A stretch of DNA of 64,000 nucleotides from Macrostomum lignano (GCA_002269645.1 NIVC01000126.1:434001-498000); one strand, 5' to 3'. Numbered from the stretch's first letter, positions 1 to 13,000 are shown. Made by a program: numbers and translations. Notes: generated by a model not told the origin, from the letters alone.

Positions 1-129
1 TATTGGCATAGTAGACTGGTAGTTATTGCAATGGTAGACTGGTAGATATTAGCATAGTAGACAGGACAGCTAGATATATACACACAGACGGCAGACAACG
101 CACATTTAAAAGTGCACATGCATCTGCAG

Positions 130-633
130 ATGGCCCACTGACGAGGACCTGGTATCGGTGACCATTTTGTACTTTCTACACCGGTTGGCAAACGGCACGG
201 AATTGTCAGGACCGAACGACCCCCATGATCATCGAATATTTAATTTCTCCGATGCGGAAGTTGTAGCGGCTGCCACTAAAAATGGCACTATAAAGTTGAG
301 CAGCCGTGAGAACGTCGCCATCAGATCCCTGCTGCTGCCCCGCTGCGCTGGCATTCATGAATTTCACGAAGGCAACATCGCTGAGACGGCGGCCTGTTTG
401 AACAAGGACATTGTCAGGAGAAATCTATTAAGAATCAATGTGCGACTTGCATCACCTGCTGCCACCGTGTATAACGAGTCCTATTCGTATACGGGAATCG
501 AGTTCCTGTCCGAGGTAGGTAGTTTTAGCTCGAATTGCATGCGGTTGGTTTGTTTGCTGCCTAGTTATTTGATACATGTTAGTTAGTTAGGTAGTTAGCA
601 TAACTACCTAACTTAGGTAGTTAGTTAGTTAGC

Positions 634-667
<34 letters not shown>

Positions 668-668
668 T

Positions 669-701
<33 letters not shown>

Positions 702-1211
702 CAGTTAGTTAGTTAGTTAGGTAGTTAGTTAGTTAGTTAGTTAGTTAGGTAGTTAGTTAGTCAACATGGACTCTTGCGCCACGACCCCTGGTTCGAGTCT
801 CCAGTCCCCATTACTTTGGCCGGTGGGTGTCGTGTGATTCACAGCCATGAAGACCGACCCTTTATTCGCACAGAAAGTGTACATGTCTGACGATTAAAAA
901 GTCAGGGCCGCTGTACACCCTGTGTGAGCGTGTGCATGACTGCATGCCTGCGTACAGTATTGACGCGCTTGCGGTACGGATGTCGCTGAAGACCCGCAGA
1001 CCTCCTAGATATGAATTATTCGTTAGCATTTCATGGAATTGAATGAATTTGAATAGATTTGAAAAATGGTATCTGTTAATTTTTTTCCTCTTTTCAGATT
1101 GGCGGCGTTTTGGGCCTCTGGTTTGGCGTCAGCTTGCTTACTATATTCGAATTTTTCGAACTGATTTATGTTATAATGAGGTCCAAGCAGCGCATTGACA
1201 AAAATTTTTAA
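130..1211 (+). CDS. DEG/ENaC (ASIC-like) channel subunit, last two coding exons (130-514, 1098-1211); 5' part lies outside the window
   Basis: Acceptor ctgcag at 129, exon reading WPTDEDL...NLLRINVRLASPAATVYNESYSYTGIEFLSE, donor gtaggt at 515. Acceptor ttttcag at 1097, then IGGVLGLWFGVSLLTIFEFFELIY...KNF*. The phase-0 join gives LSEIGGVLGLWFGVS, the TM2/GxS filter signature of the family. Confidence 0.92.
565..762. repeat. (TAGT)n microsatellite in the ENaC intron
   Basis: Direct run of tagt/ttag units. Confidence 0.95.
770..950 (+). mobile_element. tRNA-derived SINE-like element, copy A (5' degraded)
   Basis: gcgccacgacccctggttcgagtc (B box), gtcgtgtgattcacagcca, gcacagaaagtgtacatg and tgtacaccctgtgtgagcgtgt are colinear with the reverse complement of 54615-54840. 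Confidence 0.7.
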
Positions 1212-1679
1212 CTATTATATAAAAACTTTCTGTATAATTTAAATGTTAAACAACGAAACAAGACAGACAGAAATATTGTAGCTAATTAATAGTTTTAAAA
1301 AGATCAAAACGCTTTATTTTATTTTAAAAAACTGACACATATAAATGATTATGCTTTAAACATAGACTGGCAATGATTTTCAGAAAATGTTTAGGAAAAT
1401 TTTAATATTGCACCGCAAAAAACAAACAGACGCAACAAAAAAACAACGTAATAACACATGTAAAATTGTTAATAGCTACACATAAAATACGAGCTTTTTA
1501 ATAGTTCCTAATACCGATTTAAATCTTAGCTATTAGTAGATATTTACTTTTTCCAACTGCTGGTGAATATACATTTTAATTTTACGTTACTCCTTTTTTA
1601 ATTTGTTCAACTATATTAATAAAATTTCAACTAGCTATTTCATGCACTAAGATCTACCAATTTAAAAAACTGACCCAAT

Positions 1680-3130
1680 ATCTACCAATAAGTCACTATA
1701 AATAACTGCATGACTCAAAATCTAGCAATGAGTCACTATAAATAACTGCATGACTCAAAATCTAGCAATGAGTCACTATAAATAACTGCATGACCCAAAA
1801 TCTAGCAATGAGTCACTATAAATAACTGCATGACTCAAAATCTAGCAATGAGTCACTATAAATAACTGCATGACTCAAAATCTAGCAATGAGTCACTAAA
1901 TAACTGCATGACTCAAAATCTAGCAATGAGTCACTATAAATAACTGCATGACTCAAAATCTAGCAATGAGTCACTAGATAACTGCATGACTCAAAATCTA
2001 GCAATGAGTCACTAGATAACTGCATGACTAAAAATCTAGCAATGAGTCACTAGATAACTGCATGACTCAAAATCGAGCAATGAGTCACTAGACAACTGCA
2101 TGACTCAAAATCTAGCAATGAGTCACTATAAATAACTGCATGACTCAAAATCTAGCAATGAGTCACTAGATAACTGCATGACTCAAAATGTAGCAATGAG
2201 TCACTAGATAACTGCATGACTCAAAATCTAGCAATGAGTCACTAAATAACTGTATGACTCAAAATCTAGCAATGAGTCACTAAATAACTGCATGACTCAA
2301 AATCTAGCATTGAGTCACTAGATAACTGCATGACTCAAAATCTAGCAATGAGTCACTATAAATAACTGCATGACTCAAAATCTAGCAATGAGTCACTAGA
2401 TAACTGCATGACTCAAAATCTAGCAATGAGGCACTAGATAACTGCATGACTCAAAATCTAGCAATGAGTCACTATAGATAACTGCATGACTCAAAATCGA
2501 GCATTGAGTCACTAAATAACTGCATGACTCAAAATGTAGCAATGAGTCACTAGATAACTGCATGACTCAAAATCTAGCAATGAGTCACTAGATAACTGCA
2601 TGACTCAAAATCTAGCAATGAGTCACTATAAATAACTGCATGACTCAAAATCTAGCAATGAGTCACTAAATAACTGCATGACTCAAAATCTAGCAATGAG
2701 TCACTAGATAACTGCATGACTCAAAATCGAGCATTGAGTCACTAAATAACTGCATGACTCAAAATCTAGCAATGAGTCACTATAGATAACTGCATGACTC
2801 AAAATCTAGCAATGAGTCACTATAGATAACTGCATGACTCAAAATCGAGCATTGAGTCACTAAATAACTGCATGACTCAAAATCTAGCAATGAGTCACTA
2901 GATAACTGCATGACTCAAAATCTAGCAATGAGTCACTAGATAACTGCATGACTCAAAATCTAGCAATGAGTCACTAAATAACTGCATGACTCAAAATCTA
3001 GCAATGAGTCACTATAAATAACTGCATGACTCAAAATCGAGCATTGAGTCACTAAATAACTGCATGACTCAAAATCTAGCAATGAGTCACTAGATAACTG
3101 CATGACTCAAAATCTAGCAATGAGTCACTA
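1680..3130. repeat. Minisatellite, ~37-41 bp unit (taactgcatgactcaaaatctagcaatgagtcacta...)
   Basis: About 38 tandem units, each carrying the inverted pair TGACTCA...TGAGTCA. Confidence 0.97.
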
Positions 3131-3169
3131 CACCCACAGTGCATACAATCCTTCATTCCTTCAAGTTCT

Positions 3170-5581
3170 TTACTCCTTCCTGCTGTAAACCTCAAACCGA
3201 AATGGGATTCCATGCTCGCGCATCTCCCCAGACACCGATTCCAGTTTAAACAGTTCGTCTAACGAATCCATTGGGAAAAAACGATCTGCAGGCAAATCAC
3301 ATAGCACCCTAGTCAGGTGAACTCGTTGACAAGTTGCCATGGTTACGGCGCTTCGATAAATCTCTTGGCCACCCATAATCCAGACAGTTGGAGATGCCAA
3401 GCGATGATTAGCCAACCATTTCGCGTAATCCAATGCCGATTTTAGACTAGGCAGCATCGTAAACGAATTAGCGCTTATCTTCTTAGCAACGGTTGCCATG
3501 CGAGAACCGATCACCAGGTGAATTCGGCGCGAATCTAACGCTAAATTAATTGGCATAGTTTCGAATGAAACTCGACCGGAGATGTTGACAACTGGCAACG
3601 GTTCGAGTTCGTCCATCTCGTGATCGTTTCGAGTGTTTCGAGTGAAATATTCAACATCCAGCATCAGATTTGGCCACGGAAGCTGCGTACTGTTTGCGAA
3701 ACCGCCGTTTGAGTCTAGGGCGGCTACTGAGACCGCTAAGGTGAGTTCATTGAGCTTATCCGCGCCAATATGACGCCACATGCGCAGACGAACCAAAGGG
3801 TTTTGGGGTGGATTGACGCCCAGCAATGAAGGCGCCTCTTCCTGCCAATGGCTGGAAATTATAGCGAGTTAAATGGTCTGAGTCACGGGTGATGATTCAG
3901 GGGATGTAAGGAGACGTTATGATGATGATTAAGGGAGTGTAAGCCTCAGTCTGGTGATGATTCAGGAGGATCAAGCCTCAGTCTGGTGATGATTCAGGAG
4001 GATCAAGCCTCAGTTTGGTGATGATTCAGGAGGTTCAAGCCTCAGTTTGGTGATGATTCAGGAGGATCAAGCCTCAGTTTGGTGATGATTCAGGAGGATA
4101 AAGCCTCAGTTTGGTGATGATTCAGGAGGATAAAGCCTCAGTTTGGTGATGATTCAGGAGGTTCAAGCCTCAGTTTGGTGATGATTCAGGGGGATCAAGC
4201 CTCAGTTTGGTGATGATTCAGGAGGATCAAGCCTCAGTTTGGTGATGATTCAGGAGGATCAAGCCTCAGTCTGGTGATGATTCAGGAGGATCAAGCCTCA
4301 GTTTGGTGATGATTCAGGAGGATCAAGCCTCAGTTTGGTGATGATTCAGGAGGTTCAAGCCTCAGTTTGGTGACTATTCAGGAGGTTCAAGCCTCAGTTT
4401 GGTGATGATTCAGGAGGTTCAAGCCTCAGTTTGGTGATGATTCAGGAGGATCAAGCCTCAGTTTGGTGATGATTCAGGGGGATCAAGCCTCAGTTCGATG
4501 ATTCAGGGGGATCAAGCCTCAGTTTGGTGATGATTCAGGAGGATCAAGCCTCAGTTTGGTGATGATTCAGGAGGATCAAGCCTCAGTTTGGTGATGATTC
4601 AGGAGGTTCAAGCCTCAGTTTGGTGACTATTCAGGAGGTTCAAGCCTCAGTTTGGTGATGATTCAGGAGGATCAAGCCTCAGTTTGGTGATGATTCAGGA
4701 GGATCAAGCCTCAGTTTGGTGATGATTCAGGAGGTTCAAGCCTCAGTTTGGTGATGATTCAGGAGGATAAAGCCTCAGTTTGGTGATGATTCAGGAGGAT
4801 AAAGCCTCAGTTTGGTGTTGATTCAGGAGGATAAAGCCTCAGTTTGGTGATGATTCAGGAGGATAAAGCCTCAGTTTGGTGATGATTCAGGAGGTTCAAG
4901 CCTCAGTTTGGTGATGATTCAGGGGGATCAAGCCTCAGTTTGGTGATGATTCAAGGGGGTTCAGTATGCCTGAGTTTGGTGATGATTCAGAATTTACCTT
5001 TTATCGCTAATTCTCTGCATCCAGATATCCTTAATTGGGGATTCCAGACGGTCTCCGTTGCCACACTCGGGCGACATTATCTGCAGCGCTGCGAACCTGG
5101 TCAACAGGCAACTGCGGCCACTCAGACTCGGTACAAAGAGGGGTACCGCCTGCAGCGGCGAGTCAGCTTCTCGACTATTGACAAACGAATATTTAGCAAC
5201 CATTGAGCTCGACTCAGCCACAGCGGAATAGATCTGAGGCCGATCCTCGTTAATATCAATTTGCATCTCGATGTTACCAGCAGATAAATAAGTCGCTTTT
5301 AATTTGTTTGAATTGCAAGATTCCAGGAAAGCAGATGTTAATGTGAAATTCGATGTTTTGCAACCACTATTGCACTCGTCTGCGGACAGTGGAACAAGAT
5401 TCACCTGTTCAGGCATTGGCGTCCGCGTTGCTATGGCAACGGCAGAATTGATGACGTCATTCGCTAACCGATGGTTGACAGTTACTAAATCGATTGGGCA
5501 ACCATCTGGTCCGTAGGTGCCAATGACTGTTAGCTGATAGGCTCGCGGAGTGCAAAAGGAATCTGTCATCGTTGAACACAT
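3170..5581 (-). CDS. Divergent dihydrofolate reductase-like protein with ~225-aa N-terminal extension (exons 5581-4998, 3851-3170; ~421 aa)
   Basis: The C-terminal half has DHFR motifs: AVSVAALDSNGG, LPWPNLMLDVEYF, VWIMGGQEIY, HLTRV..ADRFFP, FRFEVYSRK. Donor AG|gtaaat at 4997 and acceptor ttccag|c at 3852 are both phase 2 and join in frame. The start ATG is tentative, following acceptor ttattccag at 5591. Confidence 0.8.
3890..4985. repeat. Minisatellite, 32-bp unit (tcaagcctcagtttggtgatgattcaggagga), filling the DHFR-like intron
   Basis: Period 32 read directly; occupies about 95% of intron 3852-4997. Confidence 0.97.
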
Positions 5582-5632
5582 GCAGAGGTGCTGGAATAAA
5601 CGAAAAATAGACTCTAGATACACAGTAGTTTG

Positions 5633-6262
5633 GGGGCGCCTAATCTTAGAGAGGGGCGCCTAACCTTAAAGAGGGGCGCCTAATCTTAACGAGCGGCGCC
5701 TGATCGTAGAGAGGGGCGCCTAACCTTAAAGAAGGCGCCTAATCTTAACGAGCGGCGCCTGATATTATAGAGGGGCGCCTAATCTACGGGAGGAGCGCCT
5801 AAAAAGGGGCGCCTAATCTTAGAGAGGGGGCCCCTAATCTAAAGGAGGGGCGCCTAATCTTATAGAGTGGCGCCTAATCTCAGAAAGGGGGCCCCTAATC
5901 TAAAGGAGGGGCGCCTAATCTTATAGAGTGGCGCCTAATCTCAGAAAGGGGCCCCTAATCTAAAGGAGGGGCGCCTAATCTTATAGAGTGGCGCCTAATC
6001 TCAGAAAGGGGGCCCCTAATCTAAAGGAGGGGCGCCTAATCTTATAGAGTGGCGCCTAATCTCAGAAAGGGGGCCCCTAATCTAAAGGAGGGGCGCCTAA
6101 TCTTATAGAGTGGCGCCTAATCTCAGAAAGGGGGCCCCTAATCTAAAGGAGGGGCGCCTAATCTTATAGAGTGGCGCCTAATCTCAGAAAGGGGGCCCCT
6201 AATCTAAAGTAGGGACGCCTAATTTTAGAGAGGGGCGCCTAATTTTAGAGAGGGGCGCCTAG
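5633..6262. repeat. Minisatellite, ~20-21 bp GGCGCC-containing unit with a ~62-bp higher-order period
   Basis: ggggcgcctaatctta... units; a trimer repeats near-exactly from ~5820 to 6200. Confidence 0.93.
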
Positions 6263-7016
6263 TAGCCGGCAGAATTCGAATGAGGCGCCCCTAAAGTAAG
6301 TCAGTAAGTAAATTGATTTTGTAGTCGTTCTTAATTTAGAAAGAGTATAGCTAGTTATAAAAAATTGAAATATTTATAATAAATATATTTACTTTTTTTC
6401 GGAGGAAAATTAAACTAGACAAAAAATTCAACGATATTAAAGGACGAAATCAAAATTCGAATTTTTATTGTAAATATTATATAATGCTTGAGAAAAAGAT
6501 TATAACAAAACAGAATTCAATATAATAAACAAATACAGAAAGAAAAAGAATCATTCAATAGTTTGAAATATTCGCTAATAAATTTACATAGTATTAAAAA
6601 AACGTTTAATCAAATCTAGGCATTAGGAAAAAAGAGGCAGTTAAAAATTGTTTTTAGCATCAACAGCTCAGCTGTGTGTTTCCGACAATTCGCCTCGCTT
6701 CTCAGTGTTTCGTTCTTGGAATAAAAATTTGTTGCTTAATTAACAGTTTGTGCTCAGCACACAGTCATGGCATTGGACCAATGCCAGATTTGAAAACTAA
6801 TATTAACAATGAACACCTTTTAACACGGAAGACATATTGAAGGGACTTATTATAATAGCTTTAATTAATTAATTTTTAAAGATCCGGTACAGTTTTTGAA
6901 ATATTCATGACTTAATCACAGACAGAAAAAACAACACAAATTGTTGGAATGTACTTTAAAAATGAAATTCAAAGAAAATTGTTTGTTTTAATTTAAAACA
7001 ATTTTTGAGCCGTCTT

Positions 7017-10000
7017 TTAGGCAGCCTGATAGCACATAATTAGCTTGTTGAAGGCCACGAATACACCTTTGCGAGGCTTGCTGAAATTCAGGTGAAAATA
7101 GTAATAGTGACTTTGTGGCGTATGTCAAAATAGATAACAGGTAATTGGCGGCTCATTAAACTACCTAGACGACAGGTATTTGGGTAATTGCCGGCTCATT
7201 AAACTACCTAGATAACAGGTAATTGACGGTCATTCAAGTACCTTGATAGGAGGCAGGTAATTAGCCGCTCATTAAACTACCTAGATAACAGGTAATTAAT
7301 GGCTCATTAAAGTACCTAGATAACAGGTAATTAATGGCTCATTAAAGTATCTAGATAACAGGTAATTGACGGCTCATTAAACTACCTAGATAACAGGTAA
7401 TTGACGGTCATACAAGTACCTTGATAGGAGGCAGGTAATTAGCCGCTCATTAAACTACCTAGATAACAGGCAATTGGCGGCTCATTAAAGTACCTAGATG
7501 ACAGGTATTTGGGTAATTGGCGGCTCATTAAACTACCTAGATAACAGGTAATTGACGGTTATTTAGGTACCTAAATGACAGGTAATTGGGTAACTAGTGG
7601 CTCATTGAAGTACCTAGATAACAGGTAATTGGCGGCTCATTAAACTACCTAGATAGCAGGTGATTGGCGGCTCATTAAACTACCTAGATAATAGGCAATT
7701 GGCGGCTCATTGAAGTACCTAGATAACAGGTAATCGGCGGCTCATTAAAGTAGATCAAAGATAATTAGGGGCTAGTCAAAGGGTATAATATGACAGGCAG
7801 CTGCCTCACCACTGAAAATAGCGCCTGCCATCGTACACCCCGTCGTGCTTGCCCTCCTCCTGGTCCAGCTCAATGCCGACATAATAATCTGTCCGGCCAG
7901 GCAGGCGGCCGACAAAGTGCACCAGGCCCTTCGAGATCCGACCGCCGTAGCGAGTGAATTTGACGAGGTCGCCAGACCGGATGTCGGCCGCCTGCTTTGG
8001 AGCGAACGGCAGCCGACCAGCGGTGGCGAACGGCTGCTGCTGAATGGGCGGCTCCATCGCACGCTGGCCAGAGGTGTCCCGTTGGCGGCTGCGCTGATGC
8101 TGAGTAGCTGAGCTGGGCCGCTGCTGCCTGCCTGATGTTGCCGTTGCTGCTGCTAGGAGAAGAAAAGCAAATGAGAATACAAACTCCCGTCAAGTATGAT
8201 ACCTTTTGGGTTAAAAACACCACCCAAAACCTCAGGATCAATCATCCCAAACCTCAGGATCAATCATCCGAAACCTCAGGATCAATCATCCGAAAAATCA
8301 GGATCAATCATCCCAAACCTCAGGATCAATCATCCCAAACCTCAGGATCATCAATCATCCGAAACCTCAGGATCAATCATCCCAATCCTCAGGATCAATC
8401 ATCCCAAACCTCAGGATCAATCATCCGAAACCTCAGGATCAATCATCAAAAACCTCAGGATCAATCATCCCAATCCTCAGGATCAATCATCCCAATCCTC
8501 AGGATCAATCATCCGAAACCTCAGGATCATCAATCATCCGAAACCTCAGGATCAATCATCCGAAACCTCAGGATCAATCATCCGAAACCTCAGCATCAAT
8601 CATCAAAAACCTTAGGATCAATCATCAAAAACCTCAGGATCAATCATCAAAAACCTCAGGATCAATCATCAAAAACCTCAGGATCAATCATCCCAAACCT
8701 CAGGATCAATCATCAAAAACCTCAGGATCAATCATCAAAAACCTCAGGATCAATCATCAAAAACCTCAGGATCAATCATCAAAAACCTCAGGATCAATCA
8801 TCAAAAACCTCAGGATCAATCATCAAAAACCTCAGGATCAATCATCAAAAACCTCAGGATCAATCATCAAAAACCTCAGGATCAATCATCAAAAACCTCA
8901 GGATCAATCATCAAAAACCTCAGGATCAATCATCAAAAACCTCAGGATCAATCATCCCAAACCTCAGGATCAATCATCCCAATCCTCAGGATCAATCATC
9001 CCAAACCTCAGGATCAATCATCCCAATCCTCAGGATCAATCATCCCAATCCTCAGGATCAATCATCCCAATCCTCAGGATCAATCATCCGAAACCTCAGG
9101 ATCATCAATCATCCGAAACCTCAGGATCAATCATCCGAAACCTCAGGATCAATCATCCCAAACCCCAGGATCAATCATTTGAAACCTCAGGATCAATCAT
9201 CAAAAACCTCAGGCTCAATCATCCCAATCCTCAGGATCAATCATCCGAAACCTCAGGATCAATCATCCGAAACCTCAGGATCAATCATCCCAATCCTCAG
9301 GATCAATCATCCGAAACCTCAGGATCAATCATCCCAATCCTCAGGATCAATCATCCCAATCCTCAGGATCAATCATCCGAAACCTCAGCATCAATCATCC
9401 CAAACCCCAGGATCAATCATTTGAAACCTCAGGATCAATCATCAAAAACCTCAGGCTCAATCATCCCAATCCTCAGGATCAATCATCCGAAACCTCAGGA
9501 TCAATCATCCCAATCCTCAGGATCAATCATCCGAAACCTCAGGATCAATCATCCCAATCCTCAGGATCAATCATCCCAATCCTCAGGATCAATCATCCGA
9601 AACCTCAGGATCAATCATCCCAAACCCCAGGATCAATCATCCGAAACCTTAGGATCAATCATCAAAAACCTCAGGATCAATCATCCCAAACCCCAGGATC
9701 AATCATCCCAAACCCCAGGATCAATCATCCCAAACCCCAGGATCAATCATTTGAAACCTCTGGATCAATCATCCCAAACCCCAGGATCAATCATTTGAAA
9801 CCTCAGGATCAATCATCCGAAACCTCAGGATCAATCATCCGAAACCTCAGGATCATCAATCATCCGAAACCTCAGGATCAATCATCCGAAAAATCAGGAT
9901 CAATCATCCCAAACCTCAGGATCAATCATCCCAAACCTCAGGATCAATCATCAAAAACCTCAGGATCAATCATCAAAAACCTCAGGATCAATCATCAAAA

Positions 10001-13000
10001 ACCTCAGGATCAATCATCAAAAACCTCAGGATCAATCATCAAAAACCTCAGGATCAATCATCAAAAACCTCAGGATCAATCATCAAAAACCTCAGGATCA
10101 ATCATCAAAAACCTCAGGATCAATCATCAAAAACCTCAGGATCAATCATCAAAAACCTCAGGATCAATCATCCGAAACCTCAGGATCAATCATCAAAAAC
10201 CTCAGGATCATCAATCATCCCAAACCTCTGGATCAATCATCCCAAACCTCAGAATCAATCATCAAAAACCTCAGGCTTAATTATCCCAAACCTCAGGATC
10301 AATCATCAAAAACCTCAGGATCATCAAAATCATCCGAAACCTCAGGATCAATCATCCGAAACCTCAGAATCAATCATCAAAAACCTCAGGCTTAATTATC
10401 CCAAACCTCAGGATCAATCATCCGAAACCTCAGAATCAATCATCAAAAACCTCAGGCTTAATTATCCCAAACCTCAGGATCAATCATCAAAAACCTCAGG
10501 ATCAATCATCCGAAACCTCAGCATCAATCATCCCAAACCTCAAGCTCAATCCTCCGAAACCTTAGAAAAAGCCGTCAGCAGTTCTCACTCACAGTTTCTA
10601 TCAACAAAATAGCCTGCCCCAGCAGTATCTTGATGCTGACCCGGCCGTCTAGCTGGAGCCGCCGTGGCCGCCGCCTTCCCATCAGCTCCGTAGAGAAGCA
10701 GATCGTTAGTCCGATCGTCTTCATCAGAATCGCTTGTCCCGCCGTTGCTAGTGTAAGAAGCTGATCGACCGTTTCGCCAAGCCGCAAGCGGCTGCTGATG
10801 GCTGCCATAGACTATGGAAGGTTCTGCTTGGCGTCCGTGATTGGCCGGCCTCCTGCTGTTCCGCTGCTGCTGCTGCCGCTGCTGCCGCTGCTCTGAGTCC
10901 AAGGAGTGGCGCATCTTATCGCCAATTCTCGACTGGCGTTGCTGCCGATGATGAGGCTGATGAGGCTGGGGCGACCGGCCTAGGGAGCCGTAGTAAGGAC
11001 GAGTCTCCGGTTCGAATTCATGCTGCCGATCGTCATTGTATAGAAACTGATTTGAGCTGCCTGTTGTTGGTATCGATGCTAGCGCAGGGTTATTGGCATC
11101 TGTGTGGTTTGGTGTGGTTTTTCTTTTATTGCGATTCTCTCGGGGGCGATTCTCTTGGGAGGCGATTCTCTCGGGGGCGATTCTCTTGGGAGGCGATTCT
11201 CTTGGGAGGCGATTCTCTCGGGGGCGATTCTCTTGGGAGACGATTCTCTCGGGGGCGATTCTCTTGGTGGCGATTCTTTTGGGGGCAATTCTCCTGGGGG
11301 CGATTCTTTTGGGGCGATTCTCTTGGGAGGCGATTCTCTCGGGGGCGATTCTCTTGGTGGCGATTCTCTTGGGAGGCGATTCTCTTGGGAGGCGATTCTC
11401 TCGGGGCGATTCTCTTGGGGGCGATTCTCTCGGGGGCGATTCTCTTGGGGGCGATTCTCTTGGGAGGCGATTCTCTCGGGGCGATTCTCTTGGGGGCGAT
11501 TCTCTCGGGGCGATTCTCTCGGGGGTGATTCTCTTGGGGCGATTCTCTCGGGGTGATTCTCTCGGGGTGATTCTCTTGGGGCGAATCTCTCGGGGGTGAT
11601 TCTCTCGGGGCGATTCTCTTGGGGCGATTCTCTTGGGGGCGATTCTCTTGGGGGTGATTCTCTTGGGGGCAATTCTCTTGGGGGTGATTCTCTTGGGGCG
11701 ATTCTCTCGGGGTGATTCTCTTGGGGGCGATTCTCTTGGGAGACGATTCTCTTGAGGGTGATTTTCTTGGGAGGCAATTATTTTGGGGGCAATTTTCTTG
11801 GGGGCGATTTTCTTGGGAGCGATTCTCTTGGGGGTGATTCTCTTGGGGGCAATTCTCTTGGGGGTGATTCTCTTGGGGCGATTCTCTCGGGGGTGATTCT
11901 CTTGGGGGCGATTCTCTTGGGAGACGATTCTCTTGAGGGTGATTTTCTTGGGAGGCAATTATTTTGGGGGCAATTTTCTTGGGGGCGATTTTCTTGGGGG
12001 CGATTCTCTTGGGGCGATTCTCTTGGGGCGATTTTCTTGGGGGCGATTCTCTTGGGGCGATTCTCTTTGGTTCTCTTTGGAGGTACTCAGGGAGCGATTC
12101 TCTTTTAAGGTGACTCGGAGTCTTTTGTACCTACAGCCGAGAGCACAAAATCGGCAACTTATTGTAAAAGGCTCAGAACAAATCTTTTTAAAAAGACCTC
12201 ATAAAAAGTGAAAAGCTACACAAAGCATTTAATCAAGCTTGAAAAATGAAAGCAAATAAATGCAAAGAAATAAACTTTCAAGAAAGAGTTGTGCGCGTAA
12301 TTTAGGTGCTGAAGGTTCGTTTAAACAAAATGTAAAATTGTGCAAATATCAAGTTTAAAGAAAGATTTACAAAAATATTAGTAATATTTTAACAAGAATG
12401 TCGATGCAAGTAATACACCAGGGATACCAGGGGGCACCAGGGATCCCAGGGACACCAGGGATGTCAAGGACGCCAGGGACACCAAGGACGCCAGGGATGC
12501 CAGGGACGCCAGGGACTCCAGGGATACCAGAGACAACAAGGACGCCAGGGATGCCAGGGATTCCAGGGACTCCAGGGATTCCAGGGATACCAGAGAAGCC
12601 AGACATCAGGGACTCCAGCGATACCAGAGAAGCCAGACACCAGGGACTCCAGGGATACCAGAGAAGCCAGACACCAGGGACTCCAGGGATACCAGAGAAG
12701 CCAGACATCAGGGACTCCAGGGATACCAGAGAAGCCAGACACCAGGGACTCCAGGGATACCAGAGAAGCCAGACACCAGGGACTCCAGTGATACCAGAGA
12801 CGCCAGGGACACCAGGGACGCCAGGGATGCCAGAGACGCCAGGGACACCAAGGACTCCAGGGACTCCAGGGATGCCAGGGACAGTAAGCAGTAACAGCAA
12901 GAATTCAATAATCAGTGCCAGAGACCCAAGTTAAAGTGACATAGCAGCGCACAAATACAACACCAATATTTATAGGTTGAGAAAAAGTAGCGCCATGAAA

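Noticed and set aside
8135-10280. Long ORFs of RINHPKPQDQSS repeats
   Set aside because: These are translations of the 22-bp array, antisense within a CAP-Gly intron, with periodicity fully explained by the unit.
10585-11958. 457-aa RESPPRE/SR-like ORF
   Set aside because: Only 11099-10593 is exon. The repetitive part is intron read through a clear acceptor (ccacacag).
12398-12934. Collagen-like G-x-y ORF (PGTPG)
   Set aside because: It is a by-product of a 9-bp unit, antisense in an intron, with an interrupted triplet pattern and no signal peptide or collagen terminal domains.
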